The notes under the pieces: generated by a model | Database searches by the model: none | What the model saw: the letters and a program-made list of their open reading frames with translations, nothing else | Told to the model about the DNA's origin: nothing | In this document: one piece after another, positions 31,196 through 41,781 of the stretch | Layout: each line of letters opens with the position of its first letter | Numbering within the stretch: the first letter of the stretch is position 1 | Assembly: GCA_965279035.1 (NCBI GenBank) | Contig: OZ257142.1 | Location: 3,456,001-3,520,000, forward strand | Source of the DNA: Bacteroidia bacterium | Lineage (GTDB): Bacteria; Bacteroidota; Bacteroidia; M30B66 | Length of the DNA stretch: 64,000 nucleotides | Direction of reading: 5' to 3' | Position numbers and translations under genes: made by a program

Positions 31196-32728
31196 TCACT
31201 CCACAATAAATCTTCTAATAAAACTTTCATTTCCATTGATAACTTTTACCCAATACAAACCACATGAAAAATTTAATTCTTTGAGTTGGATTGAATATAA
31301 CAAACTAGAACACTTCGCTTCATAAACAATTGCTCCTTGTGCATTGAAAAGGTATATACTTGGATTTTGAAGATGCGTATTCAATAAACGGATATTCAAA
31401 ATATCTTTTGAAGGATTTGGATAGATTGAAATATCAGACTTAGGTTTTTCAATATACTCAGTATTATTAATTCCAAGTGTATCACAAAAACTTCCATCAA
31501 TTGGCCCTAACCTAAAATTGGCAAAGTTTGAGGGAGAAACGAAGGTTGTTACGTTTTCGGTTGTATCTGAATTAAAAACAAAATCACAAGCAAAGCCAGG
31601 CAAATTAGGTTTACGAATTCTACATAAAGTATTGATTACCGTTGTGTCATTTTCTACAATTTGCCCTGCAAGAAATATTTCTTTTCCATTAGGAGCTATT
31701 TGTGGTGAGTTCGTAATTGTTGTTGATAACAAAGTCCAATTTGAACTATTTAAATCGTATTGCAAGAGAGCTCGACTTAGATCTAAATCAGGCCACGATG
31801 ATCTTCGAATATAAAGCTTAGAGCCATCAGGGCTAATGTTACAGGCATTATGGTCACCATAAGGAATTGAATCTGTTAAATCGTGTACTATTGGATTGCT
31901 TAAAGTGCCCGAACAACGGTCAAAATCGTATTCGTGAAGGTATTTATAACGCTTGCCAGTAAAGTGTAGGAATTTCAATCCATCGAAGGAAAAATATGAA
32001 TAAGTTTCAAATTGTCCGCGATGATTTATGCCAGGAATGGTGATTTTTTGCATCTCTGAAATTCCACTTGGACTTAATAAACCTATGAAATATTCATCTT
32101 CAAAAATCCCAGGTTTTATGAGCCACCAATCGCGTCCATTTGCATGTCGACAAGCTTGCATATCGCCCGAAGCGGAAGTGTCGTTCATCACAACATTATT
32201 CTGGCTTATTAGAGCACGATTTGGGACATCTAAGTATGCATAAGTAAAAACAACATCTGCCTTAGGAACATTAGAATTAAAATTAGCAGCCTTAAATTGA
32301 CCATAAAATAAATATGCACGATCAGGATTGCCCGGATCATTTAAAAACAATGGACCAAGTGAATTAAGAATGCTTGATGTATCAGGATTATCAGCTGGCC
32401 ATGGAACCCAATTGAAATACAGTCGGTACGATAAAACGTTTCCTAAATTATCAACCAATCGCCATCCATTCGATGCAAAAACAAAATTTCCATCCGCATC
32501 AGAATATGCAGCTCGACTGTAATAGGTGGATAAACCCAAATCTAAGGGTTCAATTATTTCTTCCAAATTATCATCATTAAACTTAAAAACTACATTGGCG
32601 TATGGAGGTAAGCAATCGCCTGCACCAGGGACTTGGTCACAGTTGCCATTAACCAAATTATCAGCCTGCCTTTGAGCCCAAACATTACTTATCCAAAAAG
32701 TCATCAAGAACAAAAAACTACTTCGCAT
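31196..32728 (-). CDS. T9SS type-A CTD protein, beta-propeller-like (~510 aa)
   Basis: Signal peptide, RHANGRDWW and FDRCSG motifs, IYPNPS CTD. Confidence 0.85.
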   Translation of the reverse strand: MRSSFLFLMTFWISNVWAQRQADNLVNGNCDQVPGAGDCLPPYANVVFKFNDDNLEEIIEPLDLGLSTYYSRAAYSDADGNFVFASNGWRLVDNLGNVLSYRLYFNWVPWPADNPDTSSILNSLGPLFLNDPGNPDRAYLFYGQFKAANFNSNVPKADVVFTYAYLDVPNRALISQNNVVMNDTSASGDMQACRHANGRDWWLIKPGIFEDEYFIGLLSPSGISEMQKITIPGINHRGQFETYSYFSFDGLKFLHFTGKRYKYLHEYDFDRCSGTLSNPIVHDLTDSIPYGDHNACNISPDGSKLYIRRSSWPDLDLSRALLQYDLNSSNWTLLSTTITNSPQIAPNGKEIFLAGQIVENDTTVINTLCRIRKPNLPGFACDFVFNSDTTENVTTFVSPSNFANFRLGPIDGSFCDTLGINNTEYIEKPKSDISIYPNPSKDILNIRLLNTHLQNPSIYLFNAQGAIVYEAKCSSLLYSIQLKELNFSCGLYWVKVINGNESFIRRFIVE

Positions 32729-33447
32729 AAACCAATTTTTTATATTCAATACGTCCATTGAAAGGAAATGAAATCTGCAAAGTATAAATTCCTTGTGCTA
32801 ATTCATTATTCATAAAATCAAGTAAGAATTGATTTCCTGAATCTCTTTTTCTTAGTACAATTTGACCTAGTGAGTTAAATAAAATCAATTCCTTTATCTC
32901 ATCAATCCCTTTAGACCCTGTATATACCATAAATACCGATTTGGAAGGATTAGGATAAACTATACATTCTTCTAAAGTCTCTGTAGAATCAGAATGTTGC
33001 TGAGCCATGCGATAAGCATAGCCCTGTTCTGAACAAAGTGAATCATCATAAAAAACTAAAGTGTCGTTAAACAAAGTAAGCATTGCTCGAGCTTTATAAA
33101 CTGCTGGTCCTCCAGCTACAGGGCATAATGATGCAATGTTTTCAATTACTTGCTCTTGTTCAGGAAGATAATACATTAATTCAGCATTTAAACGCTTTAT
33201 CTCAATTGTATTTAACTCCTGATCGTATAATTCATAATGTTTATTTGAAACGATTCGATTATTCATTGATGTTATTGAATCTCTCTGAATTTGAGAAGCA
33301 GTTTGCAATGTTTGAGTTAAAACGTTGATTTGATTTTGTTTTGCAAGATGTATTTCAAATAGCTCTTGACGTTCGACATCTAGTATAGATCCTAAAGTAT
33401 CCTCATTTGATGTAAATAAACTATCAAGCAAATTAACTTGTTGTAAT
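32718..33447 (-). pseudogene. C-terminal remnant of a giant T9SS protein, truncated by IS3
   Basis: CPVAGGPAVYKAR motif shared with the 2626-aa protein; VYPNPS CTD. Confidence 0.8.
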
Positions 33448-33529
33448 TGTAAATCGTCAGCATAAAGTGGACTAAATATAGTCAAAACTAAGAGAGTGTT
33501 TCTAAGTTATATTTTTAATTTTAACAACC

Positions 33530-33883
33530 ATGGAAACAAAGAAAAAACAAACGACCGAGAATTACATTAAAGAAATCCGCAGAAAGACAAGAAGAATTTT
33601 CAGTTCAGAACAGAAGATCCAGATAGTTATGGAGGCATTGCGTGCTGAATTGTCAGTAGCAGAATTGTGTAGGAAGTATTCTATACAGGAGAGTCAATTT
33701 TATAAATGGAATAAGGAGTTTTTGGAAGCAGGTAAGAAGCGTCTCTCCGGTGATGTAACCCGCGAAGCTACGAGTGATGAAGTGTCAGAGCTTCGCAAAG
33801 AAAATCAGCGCTTAAAGGAAATGGTCGCTGATTTGGTTTTGCGCTATGACATTGTAAAAAAAAGCTTGTCCATGCTGGATTAA
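33530..33883 (+). CDS. IS3 OrfA
   Basis: HTH, A7G slippery site near the 3' end. Confidence 0.9.
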   Translation: METKKKQTTENYIKEIRRKTRRIFSSEQKIQIVMEALRAELSVAELCRKYSIQESQFYKWNKEFLEAGKKRLSGDVTREATSDEVSELRKENQRLKEMVADLVLRYDIVKKSLSMLD

Positions 33884-33903
33884 CTGTAAAACTGAAAAAA
33901 TAT

Positions 33904-34920
33904 ATGCGTTTTACAGCATCCGAAAAGCAGGAACTCATCGATCTCGTTGTTCAATCTGAAATTGGTGTCAATCGCACCTTACGTGAAATAGGGCTTAATA
34001 AGAGCACATTTTACAAATGGTATAAATCATATGCTGACAACGGCGTTGATGGCTTAAATCCAAGCAAGCGGGTTTTAAAAAGGCAATGGAATAGTATTCC
34101 ACAACAGCAAAAGAATCTTGTAGTAGATCTTGCTTTGAATTATCCTGAATTATCATCTCGTGAACTTGCTTTTAAGCTAACTGATGAGCAACAGATTTTC
34201 ATTTCAGAATCGAGCGTTTATCGCATTTTGAAATCGAGAGGCTTAATCAATTCACCAGCCCATATTTTCATTTCAGCAGCCGATGAATTTTCTAAGAAAA
34301 CAGGATTTGTTCATCAAATGTGGCAAACAGACTTTACTTACTTTAAAATCATTGGTTGGGGCTGGTATTATTTAAGTACCATCTTAGATGATTACAGCCG
34401 ATATATTGTGCATTGGGAACTCTGTTCTGGGATGAAAGTTGAAGATGTAAAAAGAACCGTTGATAGAGCCATTAAAAAGGCCAAATTACTGTCAAAGCCT
34501 CGTCCCAAACTATTATCGGATAATGGTTCATGTTATATTGCTGCGGAACTCAGTGCTTACCTTAAGCAAAACCATGAGATAGATCAAATACACGGTAGGC
34601 CTTTTCATCCTCAAACACAAGGTAAAATAGAACGTTATCATCGTACAATGAAAAACGTGGTTAAGCTAAATCACTATTATTGTCCGGAAGAACTTGAAGA
34701 TGCCCTGGGAAAATTTGTTGATAATTACAATAACCAACGTTATCATGAATCATTGCAAAACCTAACTCCTGCTGATATATACTATGGAAGAGGTGATCAA
34801 ATCCTTAAAGAAAGAAAACGCTTAAAACACGAAGCATTAAACTCAAGAAGAATGGAATATGAGATGATAAAATCTAAACTCAAATCACAAAATCAAAATT
34901 TAAATCTAATTTTGATTTGA
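33904..34920 (+). CDS. IS3 OrfB DDE transposase
   Basis: WQTDFT, DDYSR, SDNG, PQTQGKIER. Confidence 0.92.
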   Translation: MRFTASEKQELIDLVVQSEIGVNRTLREIGLNKSTFYKWYKSYADNGVDGLNPSKRVLKRQWNSIPQQQKNLVVDLALNYPELSSRELAFKLTDEQQIFISESSVYRILKSRGLINSPAHIFISAADEFSKKTGFVHQMWQTDFTYFKIIGWGWYYLSTILDDYSRYIVHWELCSGMKVEDVKRTVDRAIKKAKLLSKPRPKLLSDNGSCYIAAELSAYLKQNHEIDQIHGRPFHPQTQGKIERYHRTMKNVVKLNHYYCPEELEDALGKFVDNYNNQRYHESLQNLTPADIYYGRGDQILKERKRLKHEALNSRRMEYEMIKSKLKSQNQNLNLILI

Positions 34921-34969
34921 TAATGAAATAATCTCTAAGTAAAAGTCCACTTTTGTTTGAAGACATACA

Positions 34970-35607
34970 CCCTCCAAAATGATATCAATACATTGGCTTC
35001 TAGTTTAACAAATATTCATAGCAATTATATTTCAATGAAGGCAGCTAGTAATGAAAGTGCTAAGCAAGTAAATATTGCCATTACTCCTGTTAACTTTATG
35101 GAATATTTAGAAAAGAAAATCAATGTATATAATCACTTATATAATAGAGTATCGTTTGTTGAATTTAATGAATCTGAAAAAAACATAATTGATTCTATTG
35201 CTTCAGTTTGCCCACTACTGGGCGGAAATGCTGTTTTCCTCGCTAGAAGTATTCAATTTTCATACAATGACAGTATTTTTTACGATGATTTGCTTTTGTG
35301 CAATCAACAAGGTGTTTACAATCGTATGTCAAATAAAGACAGCATTTATGAATTGAAAGAAGAGCATTTTGTAGTTTATCCAAATCCTACAAATGGTGAA
35401 TTGAATATATATTTAAGCTCAGGGGATAAATACTCAATACGAATCTTTAATTTATTAGGTCTATTAATAATAGAAGAATTTGATTTGAAATTAAAAGCAA
35501 CAATACATTTAGACAAAGAAAATATTGCAAATGGCTCTTACATTCTATTCCTTGAAAATAAATTAACGGGGAAAATAGAGCGTAAAAAAATCAATTTCAA
35601 TCATTGA
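34970..35607 (+). pseudogene. C-terminal remnant of a giant T9SS protein (paralogue of 44018-44655)
   Basis: Starts abruptly at the IS end; near-identical to the 44018 region. Confidence 0.85.
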
Positions 35608-35614
35608 ATTTAAA

Positions 35615-37159
35615 ATGAAAATCAAAATGTGTAGTACAAAAATTATTTTTTGTTTTTTTTCTGTCATATTATCATTGTCGCTCACAGCACAGCGTCAATC
35701 TGATGTTTTGGTAATGGGTAATTGTTTTTATAGTATACCATCTGAAGCTCCTGCTTCAAATTTTTTATTAGTATTTAATGAAGATAGTTTGGAATATATC
35801 GACAATAATACTCCAATAGTTCTATCTAATTTTTATAGTCGAGCATCCTATTCAGACAAACATGGAAATATAAAATTTGCCTCCAATGGTTGGCGATTGG
35901 TAAATAGTTATGGAGAAGTATTGTCCTATAAATTATGGAGTGATAGTATTGTATGGCCTGGAGGATCACCAGATACAACTCGAGTAGATTTATCTAAAGG
36001 ACCTTTGTTTCTTGAAGATCCATCTGATAGCAATCGAGTATATTTATTTTATGGACAATATTTAAGTGGTATCCCATCATCAATAGGGATGCTAAATCAA
36101 GATATATTATTTTCTTATGCAATTTTAGATGTATCGTCACAGAGTATGATAAGTAATAATCATATATTATTAAGTGATACAACATCCATTTCGGATGCTG
36201 TGGCTGTTCGCCATGGGAATGGTCGCGACTGGTGGATTATAAAGCCCGGAGTATTATCTAATGAATATTATATTGGATTATTGGATATCAATGGGGTAAC
36301 TCCTATGCAACATGTCTTTATTGAAGGATTAGAGCCGCACAATCAAACTTACACTAGTTCACATTTTAGTCAAGATGGTAATCACTTTATTCATTTTTCT
36401 GGTTTTGGCCCTAAATGGGTTCAGCGAATGGATTTTGATCGTTGCACTGGAATTTTTAGTAACCCTCAAGAGAAGGATATTAGTTCTCTATTTAGACCTG
36501 CCGACTTATCTAACTTTATTCCAAGCCCTGATCTTACAAAATTTTATGGTTATCGTTTAAATTACAATGATAGTAATTATATTACAGGAACTTACCAATA
36601 TGACTTTAATACTGATTCTTTAACTTTCATTTATCCAGATGCAGGTATTTCTTTAATATCGCCTAATTATAATAATTTATTTATTTTCGATGTTTTTGAT
36701 TATAATCAACCATATGAAAATATGTATTTCAGCACTATTAACCAACCAAATGAACCTGGTAATTCATGCGAAATCCAAACCTTTAGATACAATATTGAAA
36801 ATGCACCATTTATAGTTTCAGCTCCCAACATAGTTAATTATCGTCTTGGGCCATTCGTTGGCAGCGCTTGTGATCCTTTAGCTATAGAAGATAAGTTATT
36901 CAATAAAACAAAAAATATCCGTTTAGAACTATTTCCCAATCCAGCAAATAGTCAATTGCATTTACGCTTAAATGATCCCCAACATGATTATTCAATTCGA
37001 TTGTTTAATTCAATTGGTGAATTGGTGTATTCAACTCAATTAAGCAATGGTCTTTTGGATATTGATTTAACTAGTTTATCATTAGGTTCAGGTGTGTATG
37101 TTATTGAGTTATCAAATTCAATTATCATAAAGCGGGAGAAAATATTGATTGCTAATTGA
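35615..37159 (+). CDS. T9SS type-A CTD protein, beta-propeller-like
   Basis: RHGNGRDWW, FDRCTG, LFPNPA CTD. Confidence 0.88.
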   Translation: MKIKMCSTKIIFCFFSVILSLSLTAQRQSDVLVMGNCFYSIPSEAPASNFLLVFNEDSLEYIDNNTPIVLSNFYSRASYSDKHGNIKFASNGWRLVNSYGEVLSYKLWSDSIVWPGGSPDTTRVDLSKGPLFLEDPSDSNRVYLFYGQYLSGIPSSIGMLNQDILFSYAILDVSSQSMISNNHILLSDTTSISDAVAVRHGNGRDWWIIKPGVLSNEYYIGLLDINGVTPMQHVFIEGLEPHNQTYTSSHFSQDGNHFIHFSGFGPKWVQRMDFDRCTGIFSNPQEKDISSLFRPADLSNFIPSPDLTKFYGYRLNYNDSNYITGTYQYDFNTDSLTFIYPDAGISLISPNYNNLFIFDVFDYNQPYENMYFSTINQPNEPGNSCEIQTFRYNIENAPFIVSAPNIVNYRLGPFVGSACDPLAIEDKLFNKTKNIRLELFPNPANSQLHLRLNDPQHDYSIRLFNSIGELVYSTQLSNGLLDIDLTSLSLGSGVYVIELSNSIIIKREKILIAN

Positions 37160-37237
37160 ATTTATACATAACCCAATAATTGAATGATCATAGTGCTTAT
37201 TGTATTGCAGTATGCTGATTACAAAGTGTTGCATAAC

Positions 37238-38502
37238 CTTTAGACTTGCAGTCAAAGATTTTAGCTGATAAATTTACCATAAATAAATGTAGTTAACCGA
37301 AAGCAGGGCGACCTATGCGCTAACAAGGATAATAGGCCTATGGAACGATATAGTGCCCTACTTTCTGGTTATTTAAGCCTCAGATAGATATTCGGGATTC
37401 AGGCCCATTATAAAGGTTTTGAGGTACAAATAACCATTGGTTAATCCGTTTTGCTAATTATAAAATTATGAATTCAAACCAGAACAACCAAAAACATTTT
37501 GTAGGAACAGATGTTTCAAAAGAAACACTTGATGTAACGATCTTTTTCAACTCCTCAATGCATTTTCATCAGCAATTTTCAAATGACAGCAAGGGCTTTA
37601 AGCAATTGCTGAAATGGCTAGAAACCTATCCTGAATTCAGTTTTGAAAATACTTTATTCTGCATGGAACATACAGGAATTTACACTCGTCAGTTTGTTGA
37701 ATTCCTCCTTTCGAAAGAAGCAAAGGTATGGATGGAGTCGGCACTGCATTTAAAGCGTTCTATGGGCATGACAAGGGGCAAAAGTGATAAGATCGATTCA
37801 CTGCGAATTGCACGCTATGCAATGACTCATCAGGACCAAGCCAGGCTCGTAAATCTTTCCAATAAAACATTGTTGCTTATCAAAGACCTTATGAGTGCAA
37901 GAGAGCGGAGTAAAAAGGCCTACCAGTCCATAAAAGTCTCCATTGATGAAATGCAAAGAGTCGATGCAGCAACAGCAAAAGAGCTCTTGAGGATTAATAA
38001 ACCAGCCCTTTCTGGATTATTGAAAAGCAAGATGGCGTTGGAAAAACGGATGATGGAATTAATAGCGATGGATCCTGAACTGAACGAGCTATTTGAGCTG
38101 GTTACTTCTGTCAAAGGTGTGGGTAATGTATTGGCAACCGAACTGATTGTTTATACACATGCATTTAAAAGAATGGATGAAGCCAAACAACTGGCCTGCT
38201 ATTGCGGAGTCGCTCCTTTTTCTCATACTTCCGGCACGAGTGTGCATGGAAGAAATGGAACTTCAAACTTTGCTAACATGGGACTTAAATCAACTTTACA
38301 CTTGGCTGCACTTTCTTCAATTCGTTACGTACCTGAGCTTAAAACATATTATCAGAGGAAAGTAGCTGAGGGAAAATCCAAAATGAGCGTAATTAATGCC
38401 GTGCGGAATAAACTGTTGCAACGTGTCTTAGCAGTGGTAAAAAGAGGAACGCCTTACCAAGAAAATTATCAAGTAAATTAATTTGGAAAACTCATAGATA
38501 TC
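37238..38502 (+). mobile_element. IS110 copy 7
   Basis: Same ends, length and target. Confidence 0.95.
37468..38481 (+). CDS. IS110 recombinase
   Basis: Identical protein. Confidence 0.95.
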   Translation: MNSNQNNQKHFVGTDVSKETLDVTIFFNSSMHFHQQFSNDSKGFKQLLKWLETYPEFSFENTLFCMEHTGIYTRQFVEFLLSKEAKVWMESALHLKRSMGMTRGKSDKIDSLRIARYAMTHQDQARLVNLSNKTLLLIKDLMSARERSKKAYQSIKVSIDEMQRVDAATAKELLRINKPALSGLLKSKMALEKRMMELIAMDPELNELFELVTSVKGVGNVLATELIVYTHAFKRMDEAKQLACYCGVAPFSHTSGTSVHGRNGTSNFANMGLKSTLHLAALSSIRYVPELKTYYQRKVAEGKSKMSVINAVRNKLLQRVLAVVKRGTPYQENYQVN

Positions 38503-38627
38503 GTTCCGCACACACCTGAAGAGCCAAATGAGGTGAACGAAATGCTTTAGATTAGACGAATATAACAAGAAAAACGGATGCCTCACACCACCGAAATGCT
38601 TGGCTTTGCTGGTGTGTGCTGTTATGC
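38503..38627 (-). repeat. attC-like site A, IS110-disrupted
   Basis: Family A sequence. Confidence 0.9.
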
Positions 38628-38929
38628 GACGCTTTGTTTTCAAAATGCCCTTATAATTGATTTTGAATATACTGATTTTACTCTACTGGAAGTTCAAGTG
38701 ATAAGTGCAAATTTACTTTTAAAATTTTCAAAGTAGTAAAAGAAATTATACTTCGATATTTTGTAAAAATGATTTGTAATTGAATAGAACTAAATTAAAT
38801 ATTTCAAATAAATGAACACAAAAATGCTATACATAATATATGTATAAAAGATCAAATGACTTTTAAAAGATTTACAAAAGTTTAATACCAGGAAATTTGG
38901 ATTCTAAAAATATTGAATATATATTCACC

Positions 38930-40300
38930 CACACCCGTCCAAGACGTTTGTATAACGAAAATACAATCCTGATTTGATGCGAGATTACTCATCAAAGAAC
39001 GCTCTTTTGAAAATTAAACCCTCTATAATTTAAAAAAGGGACATTTGTAATTCCAGTTTATCAATTTCGTCATCATCTAAAAAGGGTTTATCAAGCCATT
39101 TTTTGAGGTCAATTTTCACAAAGAGATTTAATCGAATAAAGGACACCAAATTTGAGAGGTGCCAAGAGTGTTTTGCTTCCTTTTGAAGTGTCTTTAAAAG
39201 CAGTATGGTGATTAGTGCTGTCCAAATCTGTATCAGAACAGCATTCATGCTGGTTCCTATGAAAGACTTGATTTTCAGGTGTGTTTTGATCTCCTTGAAG
39301 AACGATTCGATGCTCCATCTACGTTTATATAGTTCTGAAATGGTCGATGCTGTCCAAGAAAAATTGTTTGTAAGAAGTTCAAGATATATCTGTTGTTCTT
39401 CATCCCAGATCTGAACCATTCGGAGCTTTTGCGGGTATTTTTCTTTTGATTGAGGTAAACTCAAAAAGCCTTTCCAGTCGTATTGCAAGTCTGGATTTGC
39501 TTCATCGGTTGGGCTCTTAGTTCGCTCATAAAGTTCAAACTGAATGTTTTCTTTTCCTCGAATAACAAAGAATACTCCTTGTTCATCTAATTTTCTCATC
39601 CAGTTAAAATCGACATATCCTCTATCAGCTACAACAATGCTTCCTGTGGGAAATTCAATATCATGTGCTGCATTTACATCGTGCTTTTTGCCATCACTCA
39701 AATCAGCAAAAACGGGCATACAGCCGTCAAAGTCAAGGACTGTGTGAAGTTTTATAGCTCCCTTCTTCTTTCGAAATAGTGCCCAGTCGAACACTTTAAG
39801 ACAAAGGTCAATCGTGGTTGAATCGAGCAGATAGATTTTACGTTTGGGAAGCAGCTTTCGGCTTGTTTTTAAGGTTGATTCAAACTGCTCATACAAGTTA
39901 AAATACATCGCTTGAAACAGCTCCCAGTTGCGATGTTGGTTATTATATGCCAACGATGATCGCCTCATGGCTTTTGACACTCCCAGATGATTTAAATCGC
40001 CTGTTGCTGATCGCATTCCATTGCAAACGTCATTTAAGCTATTAGACTTGGAAAACTGGCAAAAAACCATTGTCACAAAGTGAGACCAAGCATCATTGCC
40101 TTTACAATGTTTATTGGACTCAAACTTTTCTACTAGTTTATTGAAAGAATCTCGCTTAATTTTTTGGAATATCTGAGCAAATAATGTGATCTTCATGCCG
40201 GAGTTGGTTTATGTTTTTGTGTCGTAACTCAAACATACCGGATTTAATCCGGACCAACTCTATTTTTTTACCCTATTTTAAAACGTCTTGGACGGGTGTG
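38930..40300 (-). mobile_element. IS4-family element (1371 bp)
   Basis: Perfect 20-bp IR CACACCCGTCCAAGACGTTT; 9-bp TSD ATATTCACC (38921-38929 and 40301-40309). Confidence 0.95.
39030..40196 (-). CDS. IS4 transposase
   Basis: LDSTTI, DRGY, YKRRWSIESFFKEIK (YREK motif). Confidence 0.95.
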   Translation of the reverse strand: MKITLFAQIFQKIKRDSFNKLVEKFESNKHCKGNDAWSHFVTMVFCQFSKSNSLNDVCNGMRSATGDLNHLGVSKAMRRSSLAYNNQHRNWELFQAMYFNLYEQFESTLKTSRKLLPKRKIYLLDSTTIDLCLKVFDWALFRKKKGAIKLHTVLDFDGCMPVFADLSDGKKHDVNAAHDIEFPTGSIVVADRGYVDFNWMRKLDEQGVFFVIRGKENIQFELYERTKSPTDEANPDLQYDWKGFLSLPQSKEKYPQKLRMVQIWDEEQQIYLELLTNNFSWTASTISELYKRRWSIESFFKEIKTHLKIKSFIGTSMNAVLIQIWTALITILLLKTLQKEAKHSWHLSNLVSFIRLNLFVKIDLKKWLDKPFLDDDEIDKLELQMSLF

Positions 40301-40376
40301 ATATTCACCATACAAAATATTAAATGAATCGGCTCAAATAGATTCATTCTTTCCAGTAAATTTTAATTAATAGCTT

Positions 40377-41732
40377 ATGAATAACATTTACTCTTTCGAA
40401 AAAACATCAAAAGAATTTTACCTTGCTTGTAAAATTATTAGTTTCTTATTCTTAATGTTTTTAATTCATGATCCATTATCTGCTCAATCTAGTAATCCAA
40501 CTTTGACATGTAACTGGTCTCAATCTAACAATATTTCTGATTGTAATAATTTACTTTATCCATGTGTAAGCAATATTTCTGCAACTATTACTTATACTGA
40601 TTTCCCGGAGAATACTCAAATTAATTTCAATTTTCCAAATTCTTTTCATGTTGATATAACAGGGGCAATTAGTGTTGATGCGCCTGAAGCAATTAATGAT
40701 GGGCAATTTTATAATATTAATTCAATTGTAAGTGGCTCTGGAAGTTTAAATGTAAACCTGCAATTTCTTAATTGCAATTCAAATGGACCTGAAGTTATAA
40801 ATTTTAATAATTTAAGTTTTGATTGTTATGCGCCTTCGATTGGTCAGAATGGTTTAGAATCAGAATTTACTGGTCAAAATTTATCGATAGTTCCTGCGCC
40901 AAATACAATATTTACTTATACTTATGGAGGTCTTCCTTTTGAAATTATTAGTTGTAATAATTGTAATACTAGTTTAACCGCTCCTGGTTCAATAACAAGA
41001 AGTATTACTATTAAAGTTAATGCACCTCAAATTACTAATCTACTTTTTTCATATTCCGATGAAGCAGATGTGACTGAATCTTCTTTTGCTTTAAATGGTA
41101 ATGCAATAGTTAATTATATTGATTTAAATGGCATTCAGGTTGATGGTAACTGTGATAGGATTTTTAGTTTAACGCAGGATGTTGATGTGCAATGTGAAAA
41201 TTTTAGTGGTATTGGAAGTGTAAATATTTCTTTACCTTGTGGTGAATGTCAACCTTATTCCATATCAAATACTTTAAATGCGAGTATTAATTTGAATAAT
41301 CCTAATTTTTACATTACAAATACATTACAACAAGAAAATAATATTCTTGATGGATGCCCTGGTACTTATACAAATACTTATGTATTCCATAATATAAATC
41401 ATATTCCAATTAAAATTACGAATATTCAAGTTCCTCTAAATACAGGACTTTATTATATTTTAAATACCAAAGTAAATGGAATAGTAGTTGATTTCATTGA
41501 TACTTTAACTTTAATTGATGTTGGATATAATGATTTTACGCTTGTTTATGAATTAGGATTAAATTGTGAATATTATAAAAACTGTTCTCATCCAGTAAAT
41601 TATTTGAATCCTGAATCTGGAGAAATAAATATTTCATTTCAAAAAAATTGCACTGATACAATAACTTCACTTAATGTAGATTACACACCAATTTTAGGAC
41701 TGAATTATGCTTCAACTTTATTAGGTGGTGCA
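40377..41732 (+). pseudogene. N-terminal part of a giant T9SS protein, truncated by IS3
   Basis: Signal peptide; similar to the N-terminus of 50062..57942 (LYPC, FPNSF). Confidence 0.8.
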
Positions 41733-41781
41733 TGTATGTCTTCAAACAAAAGTGGACTTTTACTTAGAGAGTATTTCATTA

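Larger units (their letters stand above)
33448..34969 (+). mobile_element. IS3-family element (1522 bp), no TSD
   Basis: Imperfect IRs TGTAAATCGTCAGCATAAAGTGGACT / AGTCCACTTTTGTTTGAAGACATACA. Confidence 0.9.
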
